64,000 nt of DNA from Pristiophorus japonicus (taxonomy: Eukaryota). The notes below the pieces were generated by a model. It ran no database searches and was not told where the DNA came from. It worked only from the letters and a program-made list of their open reading frames with translations. The stretch covers positions 4,154,001 to 4,218,000 of the forward strand of contig NC_091988.1 of the NCBI RefSeq assembly GCF_044704955.1. Direction: 5' to 3'. The first letter of the stretch is position 1, and each line of letters begins with the position of its first letter. Below, piece by piece: positions 61,062 to 64,000 of this stretch. The translations under genes were made by a program, and so were the position numbers.

Positions 61062-61977
61062 TTATTTCTCTTTCATGCCTTCCTGTTACTTATTTTCCCC
61101 ATTAAATCTTTGGTCAGGTTTCCTGAAAATACATAAAACGCATTTCTAGTCTCCCAGCTCAATGTATATTGTCGACTTGAATTATGACTCGGATGAATGA
61201 GTAACCCCCCCCCCTTCCATATAACTGTCATATTTCTCAGTGCACCTGAATGAATTGGAAGAATTTGTTCCCGTGGCAAATTACAAACCTCATATGGGTG
61301 AAGCTTTCAAGCTGTCCTTGTTTGTCCACATATCAATCTATTTAACCAGCTCTGTCTTTCCACTTTTTGCCATCAGATTTTATTTGAAGCCCAATTGCAC
61401 GTTATCTCAGTGCCTCACTATCATTTCCATCATGTAACCCATCCATCCTGTGCTCTTTAAGACAGCGATCGAGCTGTACAGGTACGATATGATCAAGTTG
61501 GGTCTGTAAGCTAAACAAACCAATATTTACATATTTCAGAAGTGAGCTATAGATCAACTGTGACTCCATCTTCAAGGTTCTTCATTTTTCTGTTTTTACT
61601 GGATTTTTTTCTCCTCTGATAATTTCCCAATATTGAAAATCACCCCTATGGGGCTTTTATTGATTTTCACCTGAAAATTATCAGACTTGCCTGCTTGCAT
61701 GATCTCCCGACATTTTGTTCATTTTTGTGAGTAACTCTGTATAGAGGTGCTATCTGGTGTCTCCGCAGTACTTCTTTCATTTAGCTTTGCTGGATTATCA
61801 AAGATAAGTCACGCAATTGACCTTATGGTTCTGTTTTTATTGGTAGATTTCCTGTGGCAGGTTTATGGGGTAATTTAAAAAGAAATATGGCCTGTGTCCA
61901 TCTCTCTCCCTCTGCCTCTCTCTCCCTATGATTGTAACTTTGCTTGTTCCCCTCTCTGTAATTCATTCTGTCTCTTC

Positions 61978-62942
61978 GGGCTGTATTTTATCAAACCTCG
62001 GTCAGTCCGGGGCGGGCGATATCCTTGGCGGGTCCCGACCCCGCAGCTGTGTTGATCCTGGCCCCCGATATGATTTTACTTTGGTGGGGCTTGTTAAACC
62101 TACTCTGCGAGGTTCCTGGCCAATTAAAAGGATGCGGGTCTGATGACATCATTTGATGACGCGACTTTGGCAGGTTTTCTTAAAGGGACCATGTCCCCAT
62201 TTATTTTGACAGTTGTGCTGTCAGTATTCTGTAGCATTGAGGTGCTGCAAACACTGACAATCACGACACAGAGGGGCACGGCTGTACCCAGGCTCTCCCA
62301 TCACTCCCTCCCGATGCTTATGGAGGGAGTCACAGCAGGCAGTGAGGTTCTCTTCCCTTCCAATGGGCAGAAGAGACCTCCCCAGGACACCAACATTGCC
62401 TGGTTGCACATTGCACAGGAGGGCACAAGCTGGGATGTGGTCAGGAGGACCAGGCTACAGTGATGCAAACCTTTCAATGATCTTAGTAGATCACAAAACA
62501 TTACTGTAAAGCCACACTCAACCTCATCCATCACATCCCCATCACTCTGCCTTCCCTCCCCTACACACCCTTACTCACACCAGCTGACCTTGCACCTCCA
62601 CCCATCCCTCTCTCTCCATCTACATTATCACATCCCCATCTCACTCGCCACCCCTCACACTAACCCTCATCCTAGTGCAAGCATACCAACTAACAACACA
62701 CAAGGGTAGGCATTTGGGTGTTATCAGCAATGTTCATATAAAGTTTCTGTTACTGTGTTGTCAAACAGTTAAATCTTTAGTTGCAATACTTCATCTTCTT
62801 GGGCAGATCTGTGCGCACCTTTGGAAGTGACTGAGTGAGTTGTAGTTAATGGTGAGACGTAACAGTAACCCCCACAGTGGTGATGAGTGTGAAAGGAATG
62901 GCTTGAGCATTGTCAGGATGCTTTATGTTATTGGTGTGGGGG
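61978..62942. mobile_element. Non-autonomous Harbinger fragment, reverse orientation of 34988-37953
   Basis: Myb/SANT remnant on + (LMEGV..EVLFPSNGQKRPPQDTNIAWLHIAQE..RRTRLQ*CKPFNDL); colinear with 35800-36550 + 37713-37953. Confidence 0.8.
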
Positions 62943-63285
62943 GGTGCTGCACAGTCGGAGATGCCATCTTTCAGATGCAACATTAAACCGAGGCCCTATC
63001 TGCCGTCTCAAGTGGACGTAAAATATTCTATGGCACTATTTCGAAGAAGAGCAGGGACGTTCGCCCCGGTGTCCTGGGCCAATATTTATCCCTCAATTAA
63101 CATCTCTAAAACAAATTATCTGGTCATTATCCCATTGCTGTGTGTGGGAGCTTGTTGGGCGCAAATTGGCTGCTGCGTTTCCTACATTACAACAGTGACC
63201 ACACTTCAGAAAACGTACTTCATTGGGTATAAAGTGCTTTGGGACATCCTGAAGTGGTGAAAGACGCTTTATAAATGTAAGATTT
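62943..63285 (+). mobile_element. Deu-domain SINE (SacSINE1/AmnSINE1-like), head missing
   Basis: TTAAACCGAGGCCC...GGCACTATTTCGAAGAAGAGCAGG...GGCCAATATTTATCCCTCA...TTGGCTGC; L2-like tail. Confidence 0.85.
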
Positions 63286-63629
63286 TCCTGCAGGAATTTG
63301 GATGACTTTGGAAATTCAGGTCTCCCATGATTCCTTCTTGATCCCCTAATCTCCTTTCTGGGTTCAGGTGCTCAACCTCATCATCACCTTGCAACATCTA
63401 CCCTTTCCAGTTCCTGCTAAACAGCATTCCCAGAATTGTACAACTGTAGGAGATCGGAGAAAGAACCCATCAAAAACCATCACAGTACAGTATTGTGGAA
63501 CAGGTAGAATGCTAAATTATCTTATTTCTTTAGGCTTGACTTAATTTTTGAAAATTCGAATGTAAGTAGCAATTTTGAACTTTACTGTGAGAGATTTTGT
63601 CTTACATATGATATAATTTATAAAACAAA

Positions 63630-63775
63630 GACTTGCATTTATATAGCGCCTTTCATGACGTCTCAAAGCGCCAATTAAGTGAATTTTGAAGTGTAGTCAC
63701 TGTTGCAATGTAGGAAACACGACAGTCAATTTGTGCACAGCAAGCTCCCACAAACAGCAGTGTGATAATGACCAG
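63630..63775 (-). mobile_element. Deu-domain SINE 3' part
   Basis: Reverse complement of 63120-63285. Confidence 0.8.
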
Positions 63776-63793
63776 GTCATTACATGTAATGAC

Positions 63794-64000
63794 AGCGCGA
63801 GCTGGTGCAGGAGGGTGACGGCAGCAAAGAGAGACGTCATCAAGGTCCAGGTCGGTGATTGGAGCGTGGGCAGATACAGCAGGACTGGCGAGGTCAGGGC
63901 GAAGGAGCGGCGAGAGATCAGAGAGGGATGTGATCGGGGCCCAGGGGAGGCGAGGACCCAGGGGTAGCACGGGCCAGCCCACACTGCGATATGTGTGCAC
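63794..64000 (+). mobile_element. Second copy of the bipartite RTE-derived element (runs off the window)
   Basis: Reverse-complement match to 58320-58540. Confidence 0.8.

Overview
Vertebrate, almost certainly cartilaginous-fish (shark) genomic DNA, and mostly transposable-element sequence. The taxon call rests on CR1 LINEs with octamer tails, Deu-domain SINEs and a shark-type MHC class I fragment. No intact host gene is evident. The window holds many CR1 copies from at least 4 subfamilies, two RTE LINEs plus a bipartite RTE derivative, L2 and Deu-SINE remnants, two decayed Gypsy LTR retrotransposons and two solo LTRs. It also holds a Penelope-like palindromic element and about 10 PIF/Harbinger-type non-autonomous elements, with nesting up to four levels deep. 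The most unusual object is at 6995-8335: an intron-less MHC class I heavy-chain segment (alpha3 + TM + cytoplasmic tail + short 3'UTR) inside a Harbinger-type MITE, with no poly(A) or TSD. It lies between NRF1/GC-box motifs and a splice donor, so it is a candidate Pack-type DNA transposon carrying an immune-gene cDNA. Other signals include a conserved slippery heptamer at all four CR1 ORF1/ORF2 junctions, a twin-priming-type 5' inversion in an RTE, a degenerate hammerhead in a TSD-flanked hairpin and an inverted templated insertion. All family names come from motif recognition by eye; no database search was run.
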